This document shows, piece by piece, positions 10,385 to 18,936 of a stretch of 64,000 nucleotides of DNA. Every line of letters starts with the position of its first letter. The first letter of the stretch is position 1. The stretch comes from an uncultured delta proteobacterium (lineage in GTDB: Bacteria > Desulfobacterota > RBG-13-43-22). Where the stretch lies: positions 608,001 to 672,000 of the forward strand of contig CAVQFQ010000017.1 in the NCBI GenBank assembly GCA_963711835.1. Reading direction: 5' to 3'. The notes under the pieces were generated by a model that was given only the letters and a program-made list of their open reading frames with translations, ran no database searches and was not told the DNA's origin. Made by a program: the position numbers and the translations under genes.

Positions 10385-11203
10385 TTACAACTTGGTCCTC
10401 CGGTAACCGAGCTGTTGAGAGATTTTCATGGCTGTTTTCAGAACCTCCTTTTTCAGAACCTCCTGGATGGTTTTTTTCGTTACTCGGAAGGCCGGGCCGG
10501 AGATGCTGATGGCCCCCACCGGTTTTCCCGACCCCCCTAAAACAGGTCCGGCCACACAGCGGATGCCTTTCTCATTTTCTTCATCATCAATCGCAACCCC
10601 CTGGGTCCTGACCATCATCAGATGTTCCCGAAAGGATTGGCGGTCACTGATGGTATTGGCCGTTCTCTTGGGAAGGCCTTTTCTGGTAATAAATTCATTC
10701 AGCTCCTGATCCGACAAATAGGATAGGAGAACCTTGCCTACTGCGCAGCTATGGGCCGGATTTCTCGCTCCCACCCTGGAGGTCATTCTCAACCCCCCCA
10801 AGTCACTTAGGGACTCGACTTTTTCAATGTACACCACCTCGTCCTGGTCCATGATCACCATATGTACGGTCTCTTTGCATCTTTCTGCCAGATCGCGAAG
10901 CAGTGTCTCTGAAATCTTTCGTAAATCGATCTGTGAGGCTGCCAGACTGCCGAGGTCGAGCAATTTCAAGCCCAAAGAGTAATTTCTCATTACCGGGTCC
11001 TGACGGATATAACCGAAGTAGGAAAGAGAAGAGAGCAGGCGATGAATCGTCCCTTTGGGAAGACCGAGTTCCAAGGAAAGATCCCGGATACTGATCCCCC
11101 GGGATTTCTGTCCGACCAAATCAAAAATGGAGGCCATACGCTCTATGGTCTGAACAAGATTCTTTGGTTTTGTGGGGTTGGATTGTTTCATAATGCGGAA
11201 CAT
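10385..11203 (-). CDS. IclR-family transcriptional regulator
   Basis: N-terminal HTH (LPKGTIHRLL), CAVGKVLL, DDEENEKGIRCVA. Confidence 0.95.
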   Translation of the reverse strand: MFRIMKQSNPTKPKNLVQTIERMASIFDLVGQKSRGISIRDLSLELGLPKGTIHRLLSSLSYFGYIRQDPVMRNYSLGLKLLDLGSLAASQIDLRKISETLLRDLAERCKETVHMVIMDQDEVVYIEKVESLSDLGGLRMTSRVGARNPAHSCAVGKVLLSYLSDQELNEFITRKGLPKRTANTISDRQSFREHLMMVRTQGVAIDDEENEKGIRCVAGPVLGGSGKPVGAISISGPAFRVTKKTIQEVLKKEVLKTAMKISQQLGYRRTKL

Positions 11204-11239
11204 GGTTTCATATTATATGACGACCAATCTATTTGTCAA
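11184..11239 (-). promoter_or_regulatory. Sigma70 promoter with an overlapping IclR/KdgR-like operator
   Basis: Minus strand TTGACA-N16-TATAAT (11239-11212), followed by ATGAAACCATGTTCCGCATTATGAAACA containing imperfect palindromes over the start codon. Confidence 0.65.
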
Positions 11240-11424
11240 TATTTTTTTACTCAATTTTTTAACTCAGAAGAAGTTAAACCCTTCTGCGCCGATGGTACTG
11301 CTATTAGCAAAAAAAAACTTTAGGAAAAGCCTGATTTCCTATACAGTCATACGGCATTAGGATTTTTCAGGAAAACGGAATCAAGGAAGAAGCCTTCCTG
11401 TAGACTGCAGGGGGAGGAAACCAG

Positions 11425-12066
11425 GTGTCTATTCTGATAAGAAATGCCCGAACCGAGGATGCGGACTTCCTGGCGGCTGTCATCCTCCTGGCCGGTAGGG
11501 CCCATGTCCAGAAAGGGATCTGGGATGTCATCCTCGGAGGGACCGACGACGAAAATCGATCCTTCCTCCGTCTTTTGACCGTGACCGGCAAACCCCATTT
11601 ATTCCACCATTCCTTTTACCAAATCGCCGAAGCGGATCGGAACCCGGCAGCGGCCCTGGGAGGTTATGACCCCAAGACCGCCGGATACCCCGCCTTGCGG
11701 GAAGCCATGCCGGAGGCCATCAGAGGAAGCGGCCGGAACGGCCTGGCCCCGGAATCCCAGGATCATATGGCCCGAGTGCTGCCCTGCGTCCCGGAAAGTC
11801 TGGAGGGGGCCTGGATCATCGACAGCGTGGCCACCCTCCCTGAATACCGCGGCCTGGGGCTGGCCGGCAAGCTGTTGGAGTCGATCATGAACCGAGGGCG
11901 GAAATTGGGCTTCCATCTGGCCCAGATCAATATTTATATCGGCAATACCCCGGCCCAGAGGCTATATGAAAAACATGGGTTTAAAATAATCGATGAAAAC
12001 CGCTGTGCCGATTTTGAGCAGGAAATCGGCTCTCCGGGCATGGCCCGGATGACCCGGGCACTTTAA
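11425..12066 (+). CDS. GNAT family N-acetyltransferase
   Basis: VATLPEYRGLGLAGKLL motif A; NTPAQRLYEKHGF. Confidence 0.9.
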   Translation: MSILIRNARTEDADFLAAVILLAGRAHVQKGIWDVILGGTDDENRSFLRLLTVTGKPHLFHHSFYQIAEADRNPAAALGGYDPKTAGYPALREAMPEAIRGSGRNGLAPESQDHMARVLPCVPESLEGAWIIDSVATLPEYRGLGLAGKLLESIMNRGRKLGFHLAQINIYIGNTPAQRLYEKHGFKIIDENRCADFEQEIGSPGMARMTRAL

Positions 12067-12355
12067 GACAGAGAAGTTGATGAAGTTGGAAACGAAATTC
12101 CGATTGGCTCGCGGCATCGGGGTTCCGCTTAGAAGCTTCTTTTTGGGGGTAAAAAGTGTGAGTCAAGGCCATTTTTTACCCCAGTTCTTTATCAAATTCC
12201 CTGAAAATTCATAGTGTTGGTCTGGTCCGACCCCCCCGTCACGCCCCCGTCACCCGGCTTCCGGTGAGCGTCGGGGAAGCCAGAAGCAACTTTTACTTAA
12301 GTCAGGTTGATTTCTCTTTGGGTTGAAGTTGCCGATAGGCCAGGGTATAAGATAA

Positions 12356-13189
12356 TCATAGCGAGGTGTTGCTGATCAACCTAAGGACGGCCTGTTCCAA
12401 TCGATCCTGGAAATTTAAAGGCAGTTCAATAACCGACCGGGCATAGGCCCTCAGGTCGGTTCTTTCCCGGTTGGTGAGCCAGGAATAGGCCTTCTCCCAT
12501 TGGTCGATCATAGGACGGGATTCCGGATCGTCCGATCCGGCTAACGTTTCAATCGGCAGAAGGGTTTTTAGAAAAACAGCCCAGGCTATTTTTCTCAGGG
12601 CCGCCAGATCCTTGATCAGTTCCCAGGCTTGCCGTTCCTCTCCGGTATCTTCCATCAAATATTCCAGTAGTCGATTTTGGTAACGTCCTAATCCCCGTTC
12701 ACTTAACAACCGGACCACTTCCGCGTCTTTCAGAGCCACGGAAAGCAAATAGACCAACTGCTGGAGCTGGGGCAGATCCAATCCCGCTGACCCGGCGGTT
12801 TCCTGAAGTCGTTCGGAAAAAAGAAATTGATAAAATTCCGGCTTGCCGTGGAGCAGGGCGTGGCCGATCTCATGTTCCACTACGCCCCGGACTACTTCTT
12901 CCGGAATGCCCCGGATCTTTTCAAGGGACAGGTGAATCCTGGGGTAACCCCTCCAGGCCTCGTGGGTGGCCAGAAATTCGGATTCACCGCCGGTGACTAC
13001 CCCCAACTCGGCTTTTTCCCGGGCGTCGAATTCCTGAAAATCCTTTTCTTTCTCCCAGAGGTAAAGGGAAATACGGTCCGGGGCCCCGGCCGCGGTTTTT
13101 CCAATAACCTCTCCTGTCCATTTTTGGACTTTCAGGAGAAAGGATTCATCTACCTTGCCCTTCAAGATGGGTTCTATCACGGTCGGCAT
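12356..13189 (-). CDS. Hypothetical protein with HEXXH zinc-metallopeptidase motif
   Basis: VEHEIGHALLH; 277-aa ORF. Confidence 0.65.
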   Translation of the reverse strand: MPTVIEPILKGKVDESFLLKVQKWTGEVIGKTAAGAPDRISLYLWEKEKDFQEFDAREKAELGVVTGGESEFLATHEAWRGYPRIHLSLEKIRGIPEEVVRGVVEHEIGHALLHGKPEFYQFLFSERLQETAGSAGLDLPQLQQLVYLLSVALKDAEVVRLLSERGLGRYQNRLLEYLMEDTGEERQAWELIKDLAALRKIAWAVFLKTLLPIETLAGSDDPESRPMIDQWEKAYSWLTNRERTDLRAYARSVIELPLNFQDRLEQAVLRLISNTSL

Positions 13190-13258
13190 TTCTTAAGCTC
13201 TCGGCAACAACCTCATAACGTGACAACAGTCAGGTTGGAAGTCAGAATGTCAGAACTA

Positions 13259-13965
13259 TTGGCGTGCCGGGGGCGTCCAATCGGCCCTGTCCGGGTATCA
13301 CATGCTTTCGAAAATTTCTTTGGTTGAAATCACCTTGGCGTATGGGGCAGACAGGGCCGCCATAAAGGAGGCGTGAACCTCTGACTGCCTTTATGGTTTT
13401 GCCCTTAAAATTCAGGTCTTTTGTGGCGCAGGCATCTTCGGCAACCATACAGTTGAAACCTAAATCGAAAGCGGCACGGGTGGTTGCGTCTATACACATG
13501 TGGCTCATTGCGCCACAGATAACCAGCTGGTTGATTTTTCCTTCTTTCAGAATTTCCAGCAGAGAGGTGCCGCGGAAGCTGTTTGGAAAGTTTTTTACGA
13601 CAACCGGTTCATCCCCTTGGGGAGTTACCTTTTGATTAATTTCTGCTCCATCCGTCCCGGGTAAGAAAAAGGTCGCGCCCGGGCGAGCTGAAAGGTGCTG
13701 GATATGGATGACCGGAGATCTTCTTTTTCTGAATTCGTTCAAGAGAATTCGGGCATTTGCCGCAGCTTCCTCGATACCGGCAAGTTCCATGGCGCCCCCG
13801 GGGAAATAATCATTTTGCAGGTCAACCAATACCAGGCAGTTGTTCATATCGTCTCCTTACCACTTCATTGGCAACAGAATTTTCTTAAGTTAAGGGCATT
13901 GGGGCCGATCCCCCGTTCGAACACGTTGGCCTGCCGGGCGTCCGATCGGGCCTGTCCGGGCATCA
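13259..13965. repeat. About 40-bp imperfect direct repeats flanking the isochorismatase gene
   Basis: 13259-13300 TTGGCGTGCCGGGGGCGTCCAATCGGCCCTGTCCGGGTATCA versus 13926-13965 TTGGCCTGCCGGGCGTCCGATCGGGCCTGTCCGGGCATCA. Confidence 0.75.
13298..13847 (-). CDS. Isochorismatase-family cysteine hydrolase, frameshift near 13385
   Basis: VDLQNDY, KNFPNSF, GAMSHMCID; the shifted frame gives the family-like tail EVHASFMAALSAPYAKV ending at TGA 13298. Confidence 0.85.
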
Positions 13966-14035
13966 TATTTTACCTCCCGAATTTATGAGGACTGGATTTC
14001 CTGCTTCTCCTTAGGAACTCAGTCAGCCGGATCCA

Positions 14036-14668
14036 TTATTCATGCATCATCATCATCGGCCCGGTTTTGATCATATCCGCTAACTTTTTGCGCTGTTCCG
14101 GGGTCAATTTGGTTTTAATATTTTCCAGAGCCTTCAGGTGAGAAAGGTGCATTTCGGTCCTCAACGAACCCAATTGCCTCACTTTGGCTTCAACGGCCTT
14201 CATATCCAGCGGGTCCTGGAGGATAAGGTCCCGGAGTTCTATCCGGGCGATGCTGATGTCCGCCATCCTCCTGATCGTATCTTTTTTAATGCCGCTCCTG
14301 ATTTCACCGATCACTTTCTTTTGCTGCTCGTCGAGGGCTAAACCCTCAAGAAACCGCGCCAGATGATGCTCGGCTTCCATCATCCGACCGCTGGGGCCAT
14401 GACCAGCCATCATGCCGGACCCCATGCCGTAGCCGCCCATCATACCCTGGGCGCACCTGCCGCATCCTTCCTTCATCCCATGCCTCAGGCCATGGCCGCC
14501 CATCTTGCCATCACCCGATCCGTGCCCGCCCGGCGCCATGGACTCCGATCCATGGCCGCCCGGCATGGCATGGCCCGGTCCATGTCCGCTTGTCTGCCCG
14601 TAAGTCAAGGCGGATAAGGCCACAATTGAAAATAAGGCGATGATCCCGGTTACGATTAATTTTTTCAT
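14036..14668 (-). CDS. Spy/CpxP/ZraP-like periplasmic protein with His/Met/Gly-rich N-terminus
   Basis: Signal peptide; LALDEQQK and KLTPEQRKK (LTxxQ) motifs. Confidence 0.8.
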   Translation of the reverse strand: MKKLIVTGIIALFSIVALSALTYGQTSGHGPGHAMPGGHGSESMAPGGHGSGDGKMGGHGLRHGMKEGCGRCAQGMMGGYGMGSGMMAGHGPSGRMMEAEHHLARFLEGLALDEQQKKVIGEIRSGIKKDTIRRMADISIARIELRDLILQDPLDMKAVEAKVRQLGSLRTEMHLSHLKALENIKTKLTPEQRKKLADMIKTGPMMMMHE

Positions 14669-14850
14669 ACAAAACCCTCCTGTTTGTTTTTAGTTTGTAT
14701 TATTGTATTCGAAACGGGAGAAAATGGAAATAAGGTCTATCCGGTATTTTTTGAATAAAAAAACTGTAGGAAGAATTGGCCCCTCCGACCCATCGGGTCT
14801 GCCTTTAGTATCTCGGCCGGGGCTTCGTCGTCGGTTCCTTTCCCGTTGGT

Positions 14851-15361
14851 TTAACCGGCCGACGGATCAACGGTATTTTTGGTGATTAAAGGGATAGGGC
14901 GGAAAGAAAATTTTTGCTCAAACCGTTTAATAACCAATTTGATGCGTGGGATGGAGAAGGGACGGTTTCCCGAATAATCGTCTTTTCCTGCTTTTCCTTC
15001 CAAATGAAGCCGGAGGGTTTTATCCATGCCTTTGCTTTGAATCAGGCCGGTTTCCCAGCGCTTGATGCTGGCCACGCCAACCTGTAAACAATCGGCCAGG
15101 GCCTGCTGGGACCAGCCCTTTTTTGCTCTCAGGGTCTTGATTTCATGACCGGTGAGAAGTTTGGCCCGCTTTCGATAACCCTCGGCCAGACGCCTTTGAA
15201 TGTCCCCGGCAGATTGAAGGGTACCCGCCTCCAGGCCGCATTCCGGACAAACCACGGCTTCAACTTCGCAGGGAATGTCCATGCCCCTAAAGGAGATGGT
15301 TTTCAGTGATCTTCCGTGACTTCATTTCGGCATGCCCTCTGGGGCATTTCAGGACCTTCAT
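14851..15361 (-). CDS. MqsA-like antitoxin (zinc ribbon plus XRE HTH), frameshifted near 15300 and probably C-terminally truncated
   Basis: ATG 15361 overlaps the toxin stop (ATGA); MKVLKCPRGH...CPECG; HTH WSQQALADCLQVGVASIKRWETG. Confidence 0.75.
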
Positions 15362-15732
15362 GACTTCTCCGGTAGGCCTCTGCTCTTGTGGAGAGAAACA
15401 AGCCACAAGGTTTCGGCCCTTAAAACAAATTTAAAATAGATCCAGCAATTAAAACGCGGACTTTCTACTTCAAAAGCAAACAGCTCCAAATCCTTAATCG
15501 CCTTTTCATAAGACCTCTGGGGCGGTTTGGTTCCTACATAGTGCTCCGAGGAAATTAAATTCAACAGGTCGGATAATACGGTTTCCAGTTCATCTTCGAT
15601 CAGGTAACTTAGTTCTATGGCATCCGAGACCAGGATTTCCTGATTTAGAATGGCGATACGGCCTTCGGCAAGGGCCCTTCGGGCCTTCCTAATTCGCCGA
15701 TTAATTTCATGGGCGGATGGTCTGATTATCAT
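15358..15732 (-). CDS. MqsR/RelE-like type II toxin
   Basis: 124 aa directly upstream of the antitoxin; C-terminal IYFKF...LVSLH pattern of MqsR-like RNases. Confidence 0.7.
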   Translation of the reverse strand: MIIRPSAHEINRRIRKARRALAEGRIAILNQEILVSDAIELSYLIEDELETVLSDLLNLISSEHYVGTKPPQRSYEKAIKDLELFAFEVESPRFNCWIYFKFVLRAETLWLVSLHKSRGLPEKS

Positions 15733-15737
15733 GGTAA

Positions 15738-15760
15738 GGTATCAATTGATACCATGTCAA
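15738..15760 (-). promoter_or_regulatory. Toxin-antitoxin promoter with palindromic operator
   Basis: Perfect 16-bp palindrome GGTATCAATTGATACC (15738-15753) just downstream of minus-strand TTGACA (15760-15755). Confidence 0.7.
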
Positions 15761-16173
15761 GGATATTTTTTAAACCAGGAGGTCGGTTTCTAAAGGGTAG
15801 TTGCTCAGCTATCACTTCAACCGGCTAAGGAGCCGGGGAACTTAATTTAAGAACCTGAAATGTTAACTTCACAAAAACGGGTGGAAGGAACTCAGGGAAA
15901 TACTCACGGGGATGTGTAACGATAGGTATATTCGGATAAAATGAGAGATGTCAAGGGGTTTTTAATAAAACGTCCGACGTTTAGAGTTCGGTGTTCGGTG
16001 ATAAAAAACAAGGGTAAGAGGCGAGATAAATGAGGGCCCAATTCAGGGGGTCACTTCAGCACTATTCGATCCGATATCAGATAGTTGCCGTGGCCCGACC
16101 CCATTAGACCATTAGCAAGACATTGAGAATTCAGTCCGTTCGCCTGGTCCGACCCCCATCCGTCAGAATGAAT

Positions 16174-17085
16174 TCATCCTTTGAATTTGATGAAAGTCCC
16201 CTGCTTATACTCCTCAAAAGCGATTCGTAATTCTTCATGGGTGTTCATAACTATGGGACCATACCAGGCGACGGGTTCACCAATGGGCTTGCCGGAAATC
16301 AGGAGGAATCTCACTTTATGCTCCTCGGTAAAGACCATTATCTCGTCACCGTCATCGAATAGAACGATCGTTCCGTTGCCGACAAATGGATCGCGCTGAA
16401 TGTCAAAGTAGTTTAATCCTTCCACTTCATACGTGAAAGGGTTTTTCTCCCTGCAGAAATATCCCTGTCCGTCGATTATGTAAGCGAAGACCGTATGGCC
16501 TTGTTTGGTGGGGTGTCTAAATTCTGCATTTGCAGGAACGGTAACGTCGATATACTCAGGATCAATAACAATATCCTGTACCGGACCTTTAATGCCGGAT
16601 ACTTCACCTGAAATGATCTTGATGGTCGACCCATCGGGAAGTTTGACTTCGGGTATTTGTTCGTTCGTTACGTCTCGATACCGCGGATCCATCATTTTCC
16701 CCCGGGACGGCAGATTGGCCCAGAGCTGAAATCCGTACATTTTTCCGTTTTCATCACCTTTCGGCATTTCCTGGTGGATGATCCCACTTCCGGCGGTCAT
16801 CCACTGTACATCCCCCGAGCTGATAACTCCTTTATTTCCAAGACTGTCACCGTGTTCTACGTCTCCCTCCAGAACATAGGTGATTGTTTCGATCCCGCGA
16901 TGAGGATGCCAAGGGAAACCTTTTAGGTAGTGTTCCGGATTATCGGAACGGAAATCATCAAGGAGCAGAAAAGGATCGAACACGGGCACTTCACTGAATC
17001 CAAAAGCCCTTTTCAGGTGAACGCCGGCACCTTCAATCGTCGGCTTGCTCTTTAGGACTTTACGGATTTGTCGGGTTGTAGGCAT
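16174..17085 (-). CDS. Pirin family protein
   Basis: DPFLLLDDF, HPHRGIETIT, QWMTAGSGIIHQE, YGPIVMN. Confidence 0.95.
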   Translation of the reverse strand: MPTTRQIRKVLKSKPTIEGAGVHLKRAFGFSEVPVFDPFLLLDDFRSDNPEHYLKGFPWHPHRGIETITYVLEGDVEHGDSLGNKGVISSGDVQWMTAGSGIIHQEMPKGDENGKMYGFQLWANLPSRGKMMDPRYRDVTNEQIPEVKLPDGSTIKIISGEVSGIKGPVQDIVIDPEYIDVTVPANAEFRHPTKQGHTVFAYIIDGQGYFCREKNPFTYEVEGLNYFDIQRDPFVGNGTIVLFDDGDEIMVFTEEHKVRFLLISGKPIGEPVAWYGPIVMNTHEELRIAFEEYKQGTFIKFKG

Positions 17086-17107
17086 CGGTGATCCCTCCTT
17101 TATGAAA

Positions 17108-17165
17108 TCCTAACGCCCAGCAGAAGGAGTGCGCCTTAGCGCGACTTCTCAATCCGTTTGATGGG
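17108..17165 (-). mobile_element. Degenerate attC-like site upstream of pirin
   Basis: Minus strand AAAC-GGATTGAGAAGTCGCGC-TAAG-GCGCACTCCTTCTGCTGGGC-GTTAGGA followed by RBS and ATG, as in integron cassettes. Confidence 0.45.
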
Positions 17166-17328
17166 GCTGGTAGTTTAAAATAAGTACCCTTTAATTCTCT
17201 ATCAATGCAATTTAGAATCAACGTCACCTATCACAGTTTGGTGCAAACCACCAGAAGACAAGGCGTCCCTCCGAGGGAATTCCCCAAACGCTCCTCACCG
17301 CGGACACAGCAACGGCTCAGGCTGCGCT

Positions 17329-17391
17329 GTATAACAATTCAAGCTGATCCCTCGATGATCGCCGGGTGAGATAGGGGCTAAACTGTTACGC
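17329..17391 (-). mobile_element. Degenerate attC-like hairpin downstream of the DUF1579 gene
   Basis: Minus strand GCGTAAC-AGTTTAGC...GCTTGAATT-GTTATAC, a 63-bp imperfect hairpin with AAC/GTT ends. Confidence 0.4.
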
Positions 17392-17459
17392 CGGCTTGTT
17401 TATGGTCTTCATCCCTTCTTCGCTTTTCTAATCCAGGATTGTACGGCAACCCTCACTGG

Positions 17460-17999
17460 TCATTTCTTCCGGGTTAAGGTCATCTCCATCATCTTCTCTT
17501 CCTTGCCCCTTTTGGCGGTGAGGTACATTGCATAGGCCATGGTATCGCCATCCACGATCTTGGACACACTGCGCCAGGTCATGGGACCCCGGGCGGGGTC
17601 GTCGTAGCGGCTTTCCTGGGTAATGGTTTTACCATCCCGGCTGGCAGTTCCCTCAAAATAGTAGATGCCGGTGCTCATGGAATCGATCCAGATCGACACA
17701 TACTTCTTGGTATGATTGTCGTACCCGATGAGGTTGATGCCTTTGAACGTACTACCCATCATGTCGCCGGTATACTCCTGCTGCAGGTAACGTCCGTCAA
17801 GAAGCATTTTCTGTTTGCAGGTGCCTTTGGATTCAAGGGGGGGCTTATCGGGCTCCATCCAGCCCTTGGTCCTGGTAATCCAGCTTCCCGCCAGGTTCGC
17901 CAGACGCTTGTGGGGCTGGCCCGGAGTTCCTACCTTCTGGTAGATTTTCATCATCGCCTGCATGTCCATCTTGCCTTTTTTCTTCTTCTCTTTGGCCAT
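17460..17999 (-). CDS. DUF1579 domain protein
   Basis: PGQPHKRLANLAGSW, GYDNHTKKYVSIWIDSMSTG; GGAGG RBS before ATG 17999. Confidence 0.8.
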   Translation of the reverse strand: MAKEKKKKGKMDMQAMMKIYQKVGTPGQPHKRLANLAGSWITRTKGWMEPDKPPLESKGTCKQKMLLDGRYLQQEYTGDMMGSTFKGINLIGYDNHTKKYVSIWIDSMSTGIYYFEGTASRDGKTITQESRYDDPARGPMTWRSVSKIVDGDTMAYAMYLTAKRGKEEKMMEMTLTRKK

Positions 18000-18429
18000 C
18001 ACAAACCTCCTTATGATATAGGCGGCCCTGGGCAATGGATTGAACGAATCCATGCAAGACAGTCGAACCGCCAGGATGTTCTAAGCCTATCAGCAGCCTT
18101 TGAACTGGTGAATAGGGTGAATGCCGTATTTTTGCAGGGACTCCACAGTATTTTTAAATAAAGACGTTTGGTTGCTATTTGGTTTGATCGTGTTGGGTGA
18201 GATTCAAGGATTACGACTTAGGAGGAAGTAACTAATGAGGGATTTTCGTTTATGGCAACGACGGGTGATGGGCCAGATGAACCCAGGAAGGTAATGTCGT
18301 TTCGCTCTTGCCATAGATTTTGGGGAAAAACAGCTTTTTTGATCTCGAAAAACTTATTATAGTCCCATTTTAGCGGGTGCGAGTGGCAATATTCCGTTCC
18401 AGATCAAATACTTCGCGTGGCCCGACCCG

Positions 18430-18570
18430 ATTCAACCGCTACGTAGGTTGGCGCTGTCGGGATTCTTTTTTGACGGATATAGCCCAAGGGCTGCGTCTGA
18501 ACTGGAAGACGGTCAAGTCTCTGGAAAAGCAATATATGCGAGAGCAGTTGAGGCGGGCAGGTATGCCGGC
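18430..18570 (+). pseudogene. ISL3-family transposase fragment
   Basis: FNRYVGWRCRDSFLTDIAQGLRLNWKTVKSLEKQYMREQLRRAG resembles the ISL3 HTH segment before the catalytic IGIDE motif, which is missing. Confidence 0.6.
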
Positions 18571-18808
18571 TTTATGGCTGATTGACTGCAAGGCCTTGTC
18601 CGCCGATCTATTCATAAATGCGTCCACATCCTGATCACCTTAACTCACGGGGTTCTTTTAAGGCTGATAATAACTTATGATGACGGAGCACTATGGATGT
18701 CCAGCCCCGTAAGCCCACCTATATCCTATCCGACTAAAATAATGATAAATGACAAATTGAAAATCTTTTGACAACCAAGCGGGAGTGTGATAATTTCGTC
18801 CCGACATG

Positions 18809-18903
18809 CTGAACATGAAGTTCAGGTCTTTTTCATTAAACCATTATTACAACCAAGAGCCATGAAGGCCGGCGCCAGGAAGGTGCCCTTTTATGGCTTT
18901 TTT
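18809..18903 (+). promoter_or_regulatory. 5' leader attenuator: two hairpins with identical ATGAA loops, the second overlapping an intrinsic terminator
   Basis: CTGAAC-ATGAA-GTTCAG (18809-18825); GCC-ATGAA-GGC (18859-18869); terminator AGCCATGAAGG...CTTTTATGGCT plus T-run to 18903; TTGACA and TGTGATAAT promoter elements just upstream. Confidence 0.6.
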
Positions 18904-18936
18904 ATTCTGGTGGTTAAAACAAACAGGAGGGCTGTT

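Noticed and set aside
18736-18765. Fur box upstream of the TonB receptor
   Set aside because: AATAATGATAAATGACAAA matches only half of the consensus, too weak to call.
18787-18936. Cobalamin riboswitch, or the longer GTG-start extension of the TonB receptor
   Set aside because: No B12-box motifs are recognisable; the extension overlaps the promoter and terminator, and ATG 18937 has an AGGAGG RBS and a signal peptide.
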